The notes: generated by a model from the letters alone, not told the origin. DNA of 64,000 nt from Candidatus Latescibacterota bacterium (GCA_965208835.1 OZ242358.1:2720001-2784000), one strand, 5' to 3'. Numbered from the stretch's first letter, positions 29,266 to 39,941 are shown. Translations and numbers: made by a program.

Positions 29266-30363
29266 CTAATTCAACGCTGCCGCGTGCGCTTTCAGCATTT
29301 CCGGGTTCAGTTCCACCCCGAGGCCAGGGCGTCGGCCAGGGCGGAGTCTGCCATTGACGATGTCTTCCGGCGGGAAGGTCTACTCCGCACGCCACCCGAT
29401 CTCGCCCCAACCATACTCCAGAATCAGGAAGCCGGGGTGGGTGAGCATGACCTGCATCCCGGCGCTTACGGCGACCGGTCCGAACGGCCCGTGCGGCGCC
29501 GTGGGTACACCAAACGCTTGCGCCGTGTCCGCGATCGCCTTCAGATTCGAGATACCCCCCACAACCGTCACGTCCGGCATGACCACGTCCATCGCCGCGC
29601 TTTCCAGCACCTCCCGGAACTCACTTCCCGCCATTCTCCCTTCGCCGCCGGCCGTACGCAACCCGCAGCGCCGGTTCACTTCGACGACGGCCGACAGACG
29701 ATCTTCAGAAACAGGCTGCTCGAACCAGTAAACGTCCAGATCACGGAGCGCCGCGGCGGTTTCAAGGGCACCCCCGATTGTGAAATGGCTGTGACAGTCG
29801 ACCAGCAGGTCCACATCCGGACCGACCGCCCGGCGGACAGCCTGTACGCGGGCGATGCCCGGCCTGGCTTCTTCCGCGGAGTCTATATTGCGATGCATCC
29901 CGTCAAATGGCGCCAGCTTCACGGCATCGAAACCCTCAGCGACAGCCCGGGCCGCCAGGTTCGCGAAGTTCTCCGGGCTGCGATCCTGCGATGCCCTGTT
30001 GATATTGGCATACAGGCGGACGTCATCGCGGACCGGTCCTCCCAGAAGTGTGTAAACCGGTACCTCGAGCGATTTTCCAAGAAGATCCCAAAGCGCCTGT
30101 TCCAGCGCGCTGACGGCGCCAAGGGTGTCTCTGTCGCAGTCAATCCGGGTAAACCGGTCCGAAAAGTCCCGAATCCGCCGGGGATCCCGGCCACGAAGCC
30201 ATTCGGCCAGCTCCTTCGTAGCCCGCAGTCGGCCGGCGTAGTTCCTGCCCGCGCGCAGTTCTCCGAGGCCGCGCAATCCCTCGTCGGTATTGACGGAAAC
30301 AAAAACCCAGTCCCCCAGGTGATTCACCCTGACGGCGGTCAGTTCGACACCGGTAATTCTCAT
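29266..30363 (-). pseudogene. Mandelate racemase/galactonate dehydratase-like enolase-superfamily gene interrupted by an in-frame TAG at 29380-29382
   Basis: ALWDLLGK..VPVY.LLGG, KLAPFD, VDCH, WFEQP; after the TAG the frame continues TFPPEDIVNGRLRPGRRPGLGVELN... to a TAG at 29266. Confidence 0.75.
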
Positions 30364-30372
30364 TTCACCGAC

Positions 30373-31440
30373 CTAGGCCCGATAGACTTTGGCGACGCGC
30401 TTGGCGATACCGCGCCAGTCGAGCGATCTGGCGCGTTCGAACGCCGCACGGCCGGCCTCGTCGAGGTCGCGCCGTCTGATGTCGAGCAGCGCGTTTGACA
30501 GAGCCCGGCTGTCCTTCGGATCGTACAAAATGCCCATCGATTCGTCGACCAGTTCCGGCAGGCATCCGAGCGCCGGTACGATAACCGGTTTCCCGAATGA
30601 AAGTGCGGCGATTGCAGAACCGGACGTCAGAACCTGCGAAAACGGCAGCACGGCGACGTCCGCTGCATTCAGATAAATCTGAAAATCCTCATTGGGGAAA
30701 AAGGAGTGCGTGAACACGTGAATGCGTTCGTCTTCTTCCGCCAGGGCGATGACCTGGTCGGCGTGACTTCCGTCGAAAGCTCTTCGGGTCATGATAGCCA
30801 GCCGCGTGTCCGCGGCCGCACGTTCACGATACGCCCGGATCAGCTTTTCGATCCCCTTATAAACTCTCGCATTTCCAAAAAACAGATACACAAACGCGTC
30901 CGCGGGAAGCCGCAGCCGGCGCCGGGCAGCTTCTCTCGAGATTTCGTTTGGGAAGATGTCGATGTAGTGGCCGTGCGGAATGACGTGAAGGCGTTCGGTA
31001 CGGTAGAATAGCCTGCGTGCAAGCCGGGCGCCGTAGTTGCAGTGCGCAATCATGCTGTCTGCCAGGCGCCCCACGATCAACCGCGCCAGATGGTCCAGCT
31101 CCGGAAACGGTCGTTCGTGAGGATACCGGTTGTGCAACGTCCAGACAACCCGGTACCCCAGTTCCCTGGCATAGTGCAGGTTGTCCGCGAATCGGTTGAG
31201 CCGCGAAACCGATTTTTCAAGGGTTTCGTCACGGTAGAACCAGTGGAGCCAATTGAGGTGCAACACCGAATAGTCGTTGCGCGCGTCTTTCAACCAATCC
31301 TGCCGGAACGCGTAATCGCCGAGTTCGAGCTGGATACCGAGCTTTGCCAAATCGCGAGCAAGCAGGGGCCCATAGGGATTGCACCGGTCCTGAAGCGACA
31401 GGCCGCCGGCCGCGGCTTCCCAGAAAAAAAACGCCCGCAT
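30373..31440 (-). CDS. Glycosyltransferase family 4
   Basis: FFGNARVYKG, TSGSAIAALSFGKPVI. Confidence 0.88.
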   Translation of the reverse strand: MRAFFFWEAAAGGLSLQDRCNPYGPLLARDLAKLGIQLELGDYAFRQDWLKDARNDYSVLHLNWLHWFYRDETLEKSVSRLNRFADNLHYARELGYRVVWTLHNRYPHERPFPELDHLARLIVGRLADSMIAHCNYGARLARRLFYRTERLHVIPHGHYIDIFPNEISREAARRRLRLPADAFVYLFFGNARVYKGIEKLIRAYRERAAADTRLAIMTRRAFDGSHADQVIALAEEDERIHVFTHSFFPNEDFQIYLNAADVAVLPFSQVLTSGSAIAALSFGKPVIVPALGCLPELVDESMGILYDPKDSRALSNALLDIRRRDLDEAGRAAFERARSLDWRGIAKRVAKVYRA

Positions 31441-31443
31441 CGC

Positions 31444-32388
31444 TCAAAAGCCCTTCTTCTTGTCGATCACGCTCAACAGCGGCCGTCCGTCGCTCAACCG
31501 CTTGAGGTTTTCACAAAACAGGTTGACGATGCGGTCCTGCCTGTTCGGCGACCCGCCGGCGGTGTGCGGTGTGATCAGGACGTTGTCCAGCTTCCATAAG
31601 GGATGGCCGTGCGGCAGCGGCTCAACGGGTACGACGTCCAGTCCTGCTCCGCCGATCCGTCCTCGCGCCAGTGCGTCGACCAGCGCATCTTCGTCCATAA
31701 TGCCCCCCCGCGTTACATTGATCAGCAGCGAACCTGACTTCATGGAACGAAAAGCGCGTTCGTCGAACAGCCCCCGGGTATCGGGCGTCAGAGGCGCGCA
31801 TACGGCCACCACGTCGGACAGCGCCAGAAGGTCGTGAAACCGGTCCATCTTCCAGCAGGACGCCACGCAGGCGGGAACGTCCACGTCTTCCGGATCCACG
31901 GCCATCACCCGCATGCCGAACGCGCAGGCTCTTTTGGCAAGTTCCCGGCCCGTTCCTCCCAGACCCACGATTCCCATTGTCAGGCCCACCAGTTCCCAAC
32001 TCGCATTCCGGATCGGCATTCGCTGGTCCCACCCGGGCTTCCGTACGGCCCACGCGATACCCCTTGTGAGGCCCAGCAACAATGCCATCGCGTGTTCGGC
32101 CAGATGCACGCCGACCGTTCCCCGGCCGCTGGTCAGGACAACGTTGCTGTCGACAAACGACTTGAATAACTGACCGTCAACCCCTGCGCCCCAGGTCTGC
32201 ACCCACCGCAGGCGTTCTCCCCGCCGGAACATCTCCGGGCTCAGACTGCCAAAAACCACCTCCACCTGCGGCATGACGTCCAGCATCTCAGCTTCGGTTT
32301 CGGGCGTCACCAGTTCCACGTCCTTCACCGCAGACGCAATCTCTTCCCTGTGGCGATCCGACAACTCCACGCGCAACAGGATTTTCAT
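31444..32388 (-). CDS. D-2-hydroxyacid dehydrogenase
   Basis: GIVGLGGTG, INVTRG, LDV...EPL, TPH. Confidence 0.92.
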   Translation of the reverse strand: MKILLRVELSDRHREEIASAVKDVELVTPETEAEMLDVMPQVEVVFGSLSPEMFRRGERLRWVQTWGAGVDGQLFKSFVDSNVVLTSGRGTVGVHLAEHAMALLLGLTRGIAWAVRKPGWDQRMPIRNASWELVGLTMGIVGLGGTGRELAKRACAFGMRVMAVDPEDVDVPACVASCWKMDRFHDLLALSDVVAVCAPLTPDTRGLFDERAFRSMKSGSLLINVTRGGIMDEDALVDALARGRIGGAGLDVVPVEPLPHGHPLWKLDNVLITPHTAGGSPNRQDRIVNLFCENLKRLSDGRPLLSVIDKKKGF

Positions 32389-32432
32389 GACGATGCCTCG
32401 GGTCCGCTGTGTGAGATTGACCGCCGTTCCGG

Positions 32433-33680
32433 TCAGAGTACCTCCGCGGCGGAAGCGCGAACGGCGGCGGCGAGAGCGTCGATTCTTTCTTCAGGAAACC
32501 AGGGATTGACGGTAGTCAGAAGGAGTACCCGTTGAAGCAGGTCTTCGGTGCGCGGGCAGAGTCCGGGGCCGTACGAAACGTCGCCGTCGTACGCCGGCGA
32601 GTTCCATGGATTGGAGTGGGGTGAGGCCGTGGCCTTATTCTGTATGGGAGGTCCCATATAGACGGGCTTCCCGCCGTATCCCAAACCGGCCGAAAACCCT
32701 CTGGCGCGCATGGCCTTCGCGAACCGTGAGCAGGTGCGGCGATCTTCGAAGATCAGGTCCCAGTGTACCCCGAGGTGGCCGTCTTCGTCGTTTGTCGGTC
32801 TGATATGCACACCGCGTACGCCTGCAACGCCTTCCTGGAATCGCCGGAATTTGCCGCGCATGGCCTCGACAACGTCGTCCATCTTCTGAAGCTGCGCCAG
32901 CGCGACCGCCCCGGACATCTCGGGCATGCGGTAATTCTCGCCCACAAAGGGTTCCAGGGTCGGCTCGAAGCCCGGGAACCGGGTCTTTTCCCGAAACAGC
33001 CCCTGGTCGTGGTAGCGCACGGCGCGTTCGTAGAGTTCCGCGTTGTCGGACAAAACCACACCGCCCTCCCCCGACGTGATAATCTTTCCGAACTGCAGGC
33101 TGAACGCCCCAAGATCGCCCCAGGTCCCAATGGCCTTTCCGTTGTACGAAGCGCCGGCGCTCTGGGAGCAATCCTCAATCACCTTCAATCCGTGCCTTGC
33201 AGCGATCTCCATAATGCCATCCATCCGGCACGGCGTGCCCCACAGGTGCACCGGCAGAATGGCCTTTGTCCGGGGCGAAATCCTGGCTTCGATATCATCC
33301 GGATTCAGCGTCATCGAACTGTCGACTTCGGAGAAGATCGGCACGCCTCCGAGCAGGATGACGGCCCCCGGCGTGGCCACAAATGTGACCGGGGGCATAA
33401 TCACCTCGTCGCCCGGGCCGACACCCGCGGCAACCAGGGCGACCTTGATTGCCGCCGTTCCGGAAGTGACCGCCAGCGCGTAGGCGGAATCCATCTTCCG
33501 TGCAAAGCCCTGTTCAAAACGCGCCACCATGTCCAGGCGGTCGGGACCGTAGTCTCTTGAAAGCGATCGACTCTTTATGACTGCCAGGACCTCCTGAACC
33601 TCCTCGTCGTCCAGTACGGAAGCCCCGGCGTGGAGATTTCGCACCGGACTCTCCGGAGGCAACATCCGTTTCTTCGCCAT
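32433..33680 (-). CDS. DegT/DnrJ/EryC1/StrS PLP-dependent aminotransferase
   Basis: SGTAA, IEDCSQS, FSLQFGKIITSGEGG. Confidence 0.93.
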   Translation of the reverse strand: MAKKRMLPPESPVRNLHAGASVLDDEEVQEVLAVIKSRSLSRDYGPDRLDMVARFEQGFARKMDSAYALAVTSGTAAIKVALVAAGVGPGDEVIMPPVTFVATPGAVILLGGVPIFSEVDSSMTLNPDDIEARISPRTKAILPVHLWGTPCRMDGIMEIAARHGLKVIEDCSQSAGASYNGKAIGTWGDLGAFSLQFGKIITSGEGGVVLSDNAELYERAVRYHDQGLFREKTRFPGFEPTLEPFVGENYRMPEMSGAVALAQLQKMDDVVEAMRGKFRRFQEGVAGVRGVHIRPTNDEDGHLGVHWDLIFEDRRTCSRFAKAMRARGFSAGLGYGGKPVYMGPPIQNKATASPHSNPWNSPAYDGDVSYGPGLCPRTEDLLQRVLLLTTVNPWFPEERIDALAAAVRASAAEVL

Positions 33681-33698
33681 CCCGGTTTTCCCCTCGCG

Positions 33699-35099
33699 TC
33701 ATGCCGGCCAGGCAGGACGCAGAAAATCGCCGGTTTCCCGCATCCAACCGGCGAGTTGCGTTCTCAGGTCGTCTCGCGCGCCGTGTAAACGCGGATCTTG
33801 CGCGAGGTTTCGCAGTTCATTCGGATCCGCCTTACGATCGAAGAGTTGATCCGCATCACGATGGTGATAAATGTACTTGTAAGCGTCGGTCACCACCCCC
33901 CTCGTATGGATCCCACCCCGGTTGTACCCGTTGAACTCGACAAACGCCGCGGAGCCGCTAGCGTCTCGCGCACCAGTCAGGTCCGGCATCAGGCTCCTGC
34001 CCTGCACCCGACCCATCGGCGGCAGATCCAGCAGATCCAGAATGGTCGGCGGCAGATCGACGTGAGAAGCGAAACCATCTCTAACTCCGGGTTCTATGCC
34101 AGGTGAGGCGATCATGGCCGGCAGATGGATGGACTCCGCGTAAAGCACCCCCTTCTGGTAGAGGTTGTGGGCGCCGAGCATTTCACCATGGTCGCATGTA
34201 AAGACCACAGCCGTATCGTCTACACGCCCCGAATCCTCGAGCGCGTCCAGCACGGTACCAACGCAGAAATCCAGGAACGCGACAAAACCCCAGTAGGTTG
34301 CCGTCGCCAGCGCCCAGCGTTCCCAGGACCAGCCGCGCACGCACTGCGCTCCAGCCGCGTTCCGAACGGGACCCGGCAGGCCGTCCATGTTCTCGCCGAA
34401 GCTTGGCGGAGGTACCATCTCGCCAGAAGAAAACATGCTGAAATACGGTTCAGGTACCAGAATCGGGGGATGCGGACCGCCCAGCGAACACCACGCGGCA
34501 AACGGCCGATCGTCCGGCGCGGAGCGGATGAACTCGCTTACGTTTGTCGCAATCTTCATATCGGGATGCGCTTCAGCCGGCTCCAGCCAGCGCGCAGGAA
34601 CCGGAATGCTCATTCCCCAATCGTACATTGCCCCGCCGTCGGTGGGCGTGGAGATGGGCGCCCTCTGATCTCCGTCTTTGCCGCCCTGTGCAATGAGCAT
34701 CCGGAGATGGTCCTTGTACGGGAAACCGCGCGGTACAAAGTGGGCGTATTCTCCGGACCGGTCGTCCTCAGGCTGACGGTTGACGTGCCAGATACCCTCG
34801 TATCCGACATGGTAACCGTCATCCAGCAGAGCGTCGATCAGCAATTGCTCCCCGGCGTTCAGTGTTTCGTACCCCGGCCCGAATGTCGTCGCGCCGTGGG
34901 CGTGCGGCCAGCGCCCCGTCATCATTGAAGGTCGCGTGGGCACGCACAGCGGGGATGCGCAGTAAAACTCCTGGAACACCGCGCTTCGCCCCGCAAGCCG
35001 GTCGAGACGTGGCGTCGGTATCCGCCCACCGTAAGCACCCAACGTCTGTCGCTGGAGTTGATCGCAGAGAATCACGAGGAGATTTTTCTTCACCTGCAT
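33699..35099 (-). CDS. Sulfatase (formylglycine-dependent)
   Basis: ILCDQL, CVPTRPSMMTG (CxPxR), DHGEMLG. Confidence 0.92.
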   Translation of the reverse strand: MQVKKNLLVILCDQLQRQTLGAYGGRIPTPRLDRLAGRSAVFQEFYCASPLCVPTRPSMMTGRWPHAHGATTFGPGYETLNAGEQLLIDALLDDGYHVGYEGIWHVNRQPEDDRSGEYAHFVPRGFPYKDHLRMLIAQGGKDGDQRAPISTPTDGGAMYDWGMSIPVPARWLEPAEAHPDMKIATNVSEFIRSAPDDRPFAAWCSLGGPHPPILVPEPYFSMFSSGEMVPPPSFGENMDGLPGPVRNAAGAQCVRGWSWERWALATATYWGFVAFLDFCVGTVLDALEDSGRVDDTAVVFTCDHGEMLGAHNLYQKGVLYAESIHLPAMIASPGIEPGVRDGFASHVDLPPTILDLLDLPPMGRVQGRSLMPDLTGARDASGSAAFVEFNGYNRGGIHTRGVVTDAYKYIYHHRDADQLFDRKADPNELRNLAQDPRLHGARDDLRTQLAGWMRETGDFLRPAWPA

Positions 35100-35257
35100 G
35101 TACTGTCCCCGTCCGGCGCACTCCCGTTTCTGAACAACGCCTTCATGGACTGACGTGAAAAAGAACCGCGTGCGTATTCGTCCCCGTGTACTTCGGCCGA
35201 AAAACCGTTCGCGGACGAAGGAAAGCGGTTCCTTTTTTTGGTTTGCCCTGCGTCGGT

Positions 35258-35911
35258 TCAAACCGTTTCGAGGACCAGGGAAACCGCGAGCCAACCTCCA
35301 ACCGGAATGATATTCGATACCAGACCCGGGTGCCCGGCCACGCGTCTGTTGTATTCCTGGATCCCGCGCCGGCCGTCTCCCGCATCCAGCGATTCGTGTA
35401 CATGACCGTGTCCATTCGCGTTGTCTGCCACGATCAGACCGCCGACCCTCGTGTTTTCCAGGGCGAAATCCAGATACACCGGATAGTTTTCCTTGTCGGC
35501 ATCGATAAAGACGAGATCGAACGGATCTTCGTCCGCCACGTCTCGCATTAACACGGCACCTTCCCCGACCCGCACTTCAGTCCGATCCGCCAGACCTGCC
35601 GCATCCAGATTCTTTCGCGAAACTTCGGCGTGTTTCGGGTCCACCTCGAGAGAAATGAAGCGTCCGTCGACCGGCAATGCCCGCGCCAGCCAGATCCCCG
35701 AGTAGCCGGCAAGCGAACCGAACTCCAGGATTCTTCTCGCTCCGATCGCTTTCGCCAGCAGATAAAGTGTCTTGCCCGATTCGGGACTGATGGAAATTCG
35801 CGGAAGCCCCTGCGAGGCCGCGCCGGGCATGACGCTCTTCAACAGTTCGTCTTCCCGGGCGAACATCTCCCGCCGATATGTATCCAGGTCCGGATACGTC
35901 AACTCAGCCAC
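35258..35911 (-). CDS. O-methyltransferase (caffeoyl-CoA/COMT-like)
   Basis: ILEFGSLAGYS, FDLVFIDADK, ADN. Confidence 0.92.
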   Translation of the reverse strand: MAELTYPDLDTYRREMFAREDELLKSVMPGAASQGLPRISISPESGKTLYLLAKAIGARRILEFGSLAGYSGIWLARALPVDGRFISLEVDPKHAEVSRKNLDAAGLADRTEVRVGEGAVLMRDVADEDPFDLVFIDADKENYPVYLDFALENTRVGGLIVADNANGHGHVHESLDAGDGRRGIQEYNRRVAGHPGLVSNIIPVGGWLAVSLVLETV

Positions 35912-35927
35912 GTCGCCTTCCTCCGTT

Positions 35928-36926
35928 CTACGCGCCCGCGTTCGCCAAATAGGCGTGAAAATCGATTACGCGCCCCTCGTCCGACGCCACCCCGATTCCC
36001 TCCACCATTCCCACTGTCGGAAGATTGCGGTGTCCGCCGAATTCCGGTTCGATGCCATCCGTCACGTACTGCCGAAAGCCGTCCAGCAAAACCTCTTCCG
36101 GCGGCGGGACCTGATCAGGAGCGATGACGGTGTCGTCGTCTTTGCCCTGTTCACGCAGGACCAGTCCGGAGTCGGTTACTTCCAGGGCGCCGCCTTCCAG
36201 TTCCAGCCGCAATGCCGATCCGCCCTTGTGCGCCGCGAACGTGCAGAGATACCCGCAGGTCGCGCCGCCTTCGAATTCGATCCAGGCGTGGACCCCCGCG
36301 CCGCCTTTGTAGGGGCTCCAGGGCGGATTGAAGCTGTGCCCCCAAATGCGTACGGGATCGGCATTGAACAGATATCGCAGCGTGTCCAGATCGTGTATCC
36401 CCCGCTCCCAGAGATACGCGTGTTCGTCTTCCCCGGAGTGGTGAACGCGGGGTCTCCAGCCGTACTTGGTCATCAGTCCGAACATGGGCCGGCCGTAGGC
36501 GCCCTCTCTAACGAGACGATTGATCGTGACGTGCGCCGCAGCGTACCTCGCGTTCTGGCACACGGCCACCCTGACGCCCATTGCGTCGGCTTCACGCATC
36601 ACACGGCACGCTTCCTCCAGACTCTTGGTGAACGGCTTTTCCACCAGAACGTGTTTGCCCGCGCGAACCGCCTCCAGGCACTGATCGGCGTGCAGTTGCG
36701 GGGGTGTAATGACGACGACGGCGTCGGCCTCCACGCCTTCGATCGCTTCGCCCAGAGAACGGTAACACGCGGCTTCGGTCAAGCCCGATTCCTCCCGCGC
36801 CGACCTCAGATTGTCTTCGTTTACGTCGACGAGTGCCGCGCTCTCAAAGTCCGTCCGTTCCAGCACGCGACGAACCGGCCATCTCCCCCTGCCCCCTGCA
36901 CCAAGGTGAATAAGACGAATTGGCAT
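35928..36926 (-). CDS. Gfo/Idh/MocA oxidoreductase
   Basis: GAGGRG, GKHVLVEKP, IHDLD. Confidence 0.9.
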   Translation of the reverse strand: MPIRLIHLGAGGRGRWPVRRVLERTDFESAALVDVNEDNLRSAREESGLTEAACYRSLGEAIEGVEADAVVVITPPQLHADQCLEAVRAGKHVLVEKPFTKSLEEACRVMREADAMGVRVAVCQNARYAAAHVTINRLVREGAYGRPMFGLMTKYGWRPRVHHSGEDEHAYLWERGIHDLDTLRYLFNADPVRIWGHSFNPPWSPYKGGAGVHAWIEFEGGATCGYLCTFAAHKGGSALRLELEGGALEVTDSGLVLREQGKDDDTVIAPDQVPPPEEVLLDGFRQYVTDGIEPEFGGHRNLPTVGMVEGIGVASDEGRVIDFHAYLANAGA

Positions 36927-37140
36927 ACCGTCTCCTCTAAAGTCCACTTAGCGGCCATTTGTCTATAAAAATCCGTGCCCGGCACAATATAAGGAACTCG
37001 CCAGGATGCTGCACGACTTTCCTTCGCCCCGCCGGCACTCAGGCCCAACTGTCGTTTATCCGTTTGACATTGGTGTCCCAATGCGCTAATTATGTTCCCC
37101 AAAACAGAGGTATTCCATGAGGTCGGAGAAGGGAGACCGA

Positions 37141-38628
37141 ATGCTCGACACCGTCGATCTTTCGCAAAAAGTGAAAAAATCGAAATATAAGGAGCTCATA
37201 CCGGGCCTCGAACTGAGACTCGGGCAACTTCAGCGAAACGCCAGAAACTGGAAGATCCCGATTGTCGTTGTCTTCGAGGGTCTGGAGACGTCAGGCAAGG
37301 GTACGCAAACCAACAAGCTCCTCCTGGCGCTGGATCCCCGCGGCTTCACGGTATACCCGACGCATCCGGCCAACGAGGAAGAGCGCAGAAAGCCATTCCT
37401 GTGGCGTTTCTGGACGAAAATACCCGAGGGCGGGAGGATCGCGATTTTCAACCGGTCGTGGTACGGACGCTTTCTCGTGGAACGAATGGATCAGACGATC
37501 ACTGAACAGGACTGGAATCGGGCTTACGGCGAAATCAGATCATTTGAGAAACAACTCGTCGACGCAGGCACGGTTATCGTCAAGTTCTTTCTGCACATTT
37601 CCCAGGCCGAACAAAGAAAACGGTTCATGAAGCTACAGAGCAGCCCGACAACGGCCTGGCGCATTACTGATTACGACTGGCAGAAGCACGAGAACTACCA
37701 GGAGTGCCTGTCAGTGGCTTCGGAAATGCTGAAAAAAACCCATTCGGAGTTTGCGCCGTGGACGCCGGTCGGGGCCGAGAACTGGCGATCTGCCAACATC
37801 AAAATTTTCAAGACCGTAATTGATGCCGTTGAAGGCAGAATCCGTCAACTGGAGAATGCCGGCGCCTCCACCCGGCCGTCGCCGCCCAAACTCGAAAAAA
37901 CCGCCTCTGGCATGCTGAAGAAGGTCGATCTGTCGAAATCCATGAGGAAGTCCGACTATCGCAGAGCCCTTAAAAGGTACCAGGCCCGCGTCAAGAACCT
38001 GGAACACGAGGTCCACCGCCGCCGCATCCCGGTTGTGCTCGTCTACGAGGGATGGGACGCGGCGGGCAAGGGCGGCAATATCAAACGCCTTGTGCAGAAT
38101 ATGGACCCACGGGGGTATGAAGTCATTCCCATTGCGGCGCCCAACGATATTGAACTGGCCCACCACTATCTCTGGCGATTCTGGAACCGGATGCCCAAGA
38201 CCGGCCACATCACCATCTTCGACCGGTCGTGGTACGGACGGGTCCTGGTTGAACGAATCGAGGGATTCTGTTCGGAATATGAGTGGAAGCGCGCCTACAG
38301 GGAAATCAACGAAATGGAAGAACACCTGACGAACTTTGGCGCCGTCATTCTCAAGTTCTGGATGCACGTGGACAAAGACGAACAGCTCAGCCGGTTCAAG
38401 GACCGGAAGAAGAACCCCCACAAGCGGTGGAAGCTCGCGGACGAAGACTGGAGAAACCGTGAGAAGTGGGACGCTTACGAGGAAGCGGTGGAAGAAATGA
38501 TCCATCGGACAAGCACACCGAACGCACCGTGGGTGATTGTCGAATCAAACTCGAAGTATTATGCCAGAATCAGGGTGCTTAGAACCGTTACTCGAAAACT
38601 GGAGTCGCGCCTCGGCATCCGGCATTGA
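37141..38628 (+). CDS. pap: Polyphosphate:AMP phosphotransferase (two-domain PPK2)
   Basis: Tandem PPK2 domains: EGLETSGKG/FNRSWY and EGWDAAGKG/FDRSWY. Confidence 0.92.
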   Translation: MLDTVDLSQKVKKSKYKELIPGLELRLGQLQRNARNWKIPIVVVFEGLETSGKGTQTNKLLLALDPRGFTVYPTHPANEEERRKPFLWRFWTKIPEGGRIAIFNRSWYGRFLVERMDQTITEQDWNRAYGEIRSFEKQLVDAGTVIVKFFLHISQAEQRKRFMKLQSSPTTAWRITDYDWQKHENYQECLSVASEMLKKTHSEFAPWTPVGAENWRSANIKIFKTVIDAVEGRIRQLENAGASTRPSPPKLEKTASGMLKKVDLSKSMRKSDYRRALKRYQARVKNLEHEVHRRRIPVVLVYEGWDAAGKGGNIKRLVQNMDPRGYEVIPIAAPNDIELAHHYLWRFWNRMPKTGHITIFDRSWYGRVLVERIEGFCSEYEWKRAYREINEMEEHLTNFGAVILKFWMHVDKDEQLSRFKDRKKNPHKRWKLADEDWRNREKWDAYEEAVEEMIHRTSTPNAPWVIVESNSKYYARIRVLRTVTRKLESRLGIRH

Positions 38629-38651
38629 TCCAATATCCGAGGAGAATCCCC

Positions 38652-39905
38652 ATGCAGGTCAAAGAGATTGATATCTCGTTCCTGGACGTACCGTTCACGC
38701 CGCACAGCAACGAACACCTCCAATACTGGCTGCCCCAGTGGCGCATCATCCAGATTTGCCGGCTCACGATGGACAACGGAATCGTTGGGTACGGCGAAAC
38801 CGTTCACAACTATACCTGGGCCCAGGTGCCCGAAGGGATCGAATGCCGCATCGTTAACCGGCCCGCTGCGGAGTTGATGTGGGACGACAGTCTGGGCGCG
38901 GGCGTTCAAATGGCGTTGTTCGACGCGGTGGGGAAGAGCCTTGGCGTGCCGGTCTACCGTTTGCTCGGCACGAAGATCCGGGACTGGTGCCCGATCTCCT
39001 GGTGGCACATGGACATGCCGGCTGAAGACTGGGCGGAGGAATGCCGTCAGGCCGTAAACGCCGGATATATGAGCGCCAAACTCAAAGCCCGTCCATGGTT
39101 CGATCTGCACGCATCGGTTCGAGCCGTACAGGACGTCGTCCCGGACGGGTTCCATCTCGATTTTGACTACAACGGAACGCTGGGCAATTCCGCAAACGCC
39201 GTACCTCACCTGAAGGAATTGGAAGCCTATCCCGAAATCGCAATGGTAGAAACGCCGATTCCCCAGAACGACGTGGCCGGCAACCGCCAGATCCGAACCC
39301 GATTCAGTCGGCCTCTGGCCATGCATTACGGCAGTCCGCCCGCAATCACCGCGCTGAAGGAGGACGTGACGGACGGCTTCGTGCTGTGTGCGGGCGCGTC
39401 GGGGCTGTTGAGGCAGGCCGCCGTGTGTGACGAAGCCAACAAGCCCTTCTGGCTGCAGCTTGTGGGTACGGGGATCACGACGGCGTGGGCGGCGCACCTC
39501 GGCGCCGTACTGGCGCAGGCCAGATGGCCGGCCATCACGTGCATGAACATATGGGAACATGGATTGATCGACGCGCCTCACGACGTGCGTGGCGGATTTT
39601 ACAAAGTACCTGAGGCCCCGGGCCTGGGAATCAACGTCGATGCCACCGCATTTGCGCGATATGCAGTCTCTCACGCCTGGGTGGACCCGCCCCGTCACCT
39701 TTACAGGTACGCCCGCGCCAATGGAGAAATCACCGACTACGCCTGCAACCGTCAGGACCTGCACCGGATCTACGTGGCAGACGCACAGCCGATTTCAGAG
39801 CCTGGCTCGAAACTGGTGATCGTACCCGACGACGGAAGCGATGGATTCGACAGCAGGTACAATGCGGCGTCCCGATCGCCGGTCAGGGAAAACGCCCTCC
39901 ACTGA
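38652..39905 (+). CDS. Mandelate racemase/muconate lactonizing enzyme family protein
   Basis: ALFDAVGKSLGVPVYRLLG, KLK, LDFDYN, ETP, PGLG. Confidence 0.85.
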   Translation: MQVKEIDISFLDVPFTPHSNEHLQYWLPQWRIIQICRLTMDNGIVGYGETVHNYTWAQVPEGIECRIVNRPAAELMWDDSLGAGVQMALFDAVGKSLGVPVYRLLGTKIRDWCPISWWHMDMPAEDWAEECRQAVNAGYMSAKLKARPWFDLHASVRAVQDVVPDGFHLDFDYNGTLGNSANAVPHLKELEAYPEIAMVETPIPQNDVAGNRQIRTRFSRPLAMHYGSPPAITALKEDVTDGFVLCAGASGLLRQAAVCDEANKPFWLQLVGTGITTAWAAHLGAVLAQARWPAITCMNIWEHGLIDAPHDVRGGFYKVPEAPGLGINVDATAFARYAVSHAWVDPPRHLYRYARANGEITDYACNRQDLHRIYVADAQPISEPGSKLVIVPDDGSDGFDSRYNAASRSPVRENALH

Positions 39906-39941
39906 CGACTGGAATACCCTCTCCACTTTCATTTGCAAACG

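Noticed and set aside
35160-35240. Long imperfect hairpin between the O-methyltransferase and sulfatase genes
   Set aside because: Single copy in the window and not matching either MITE family; probably a terminator-like structure
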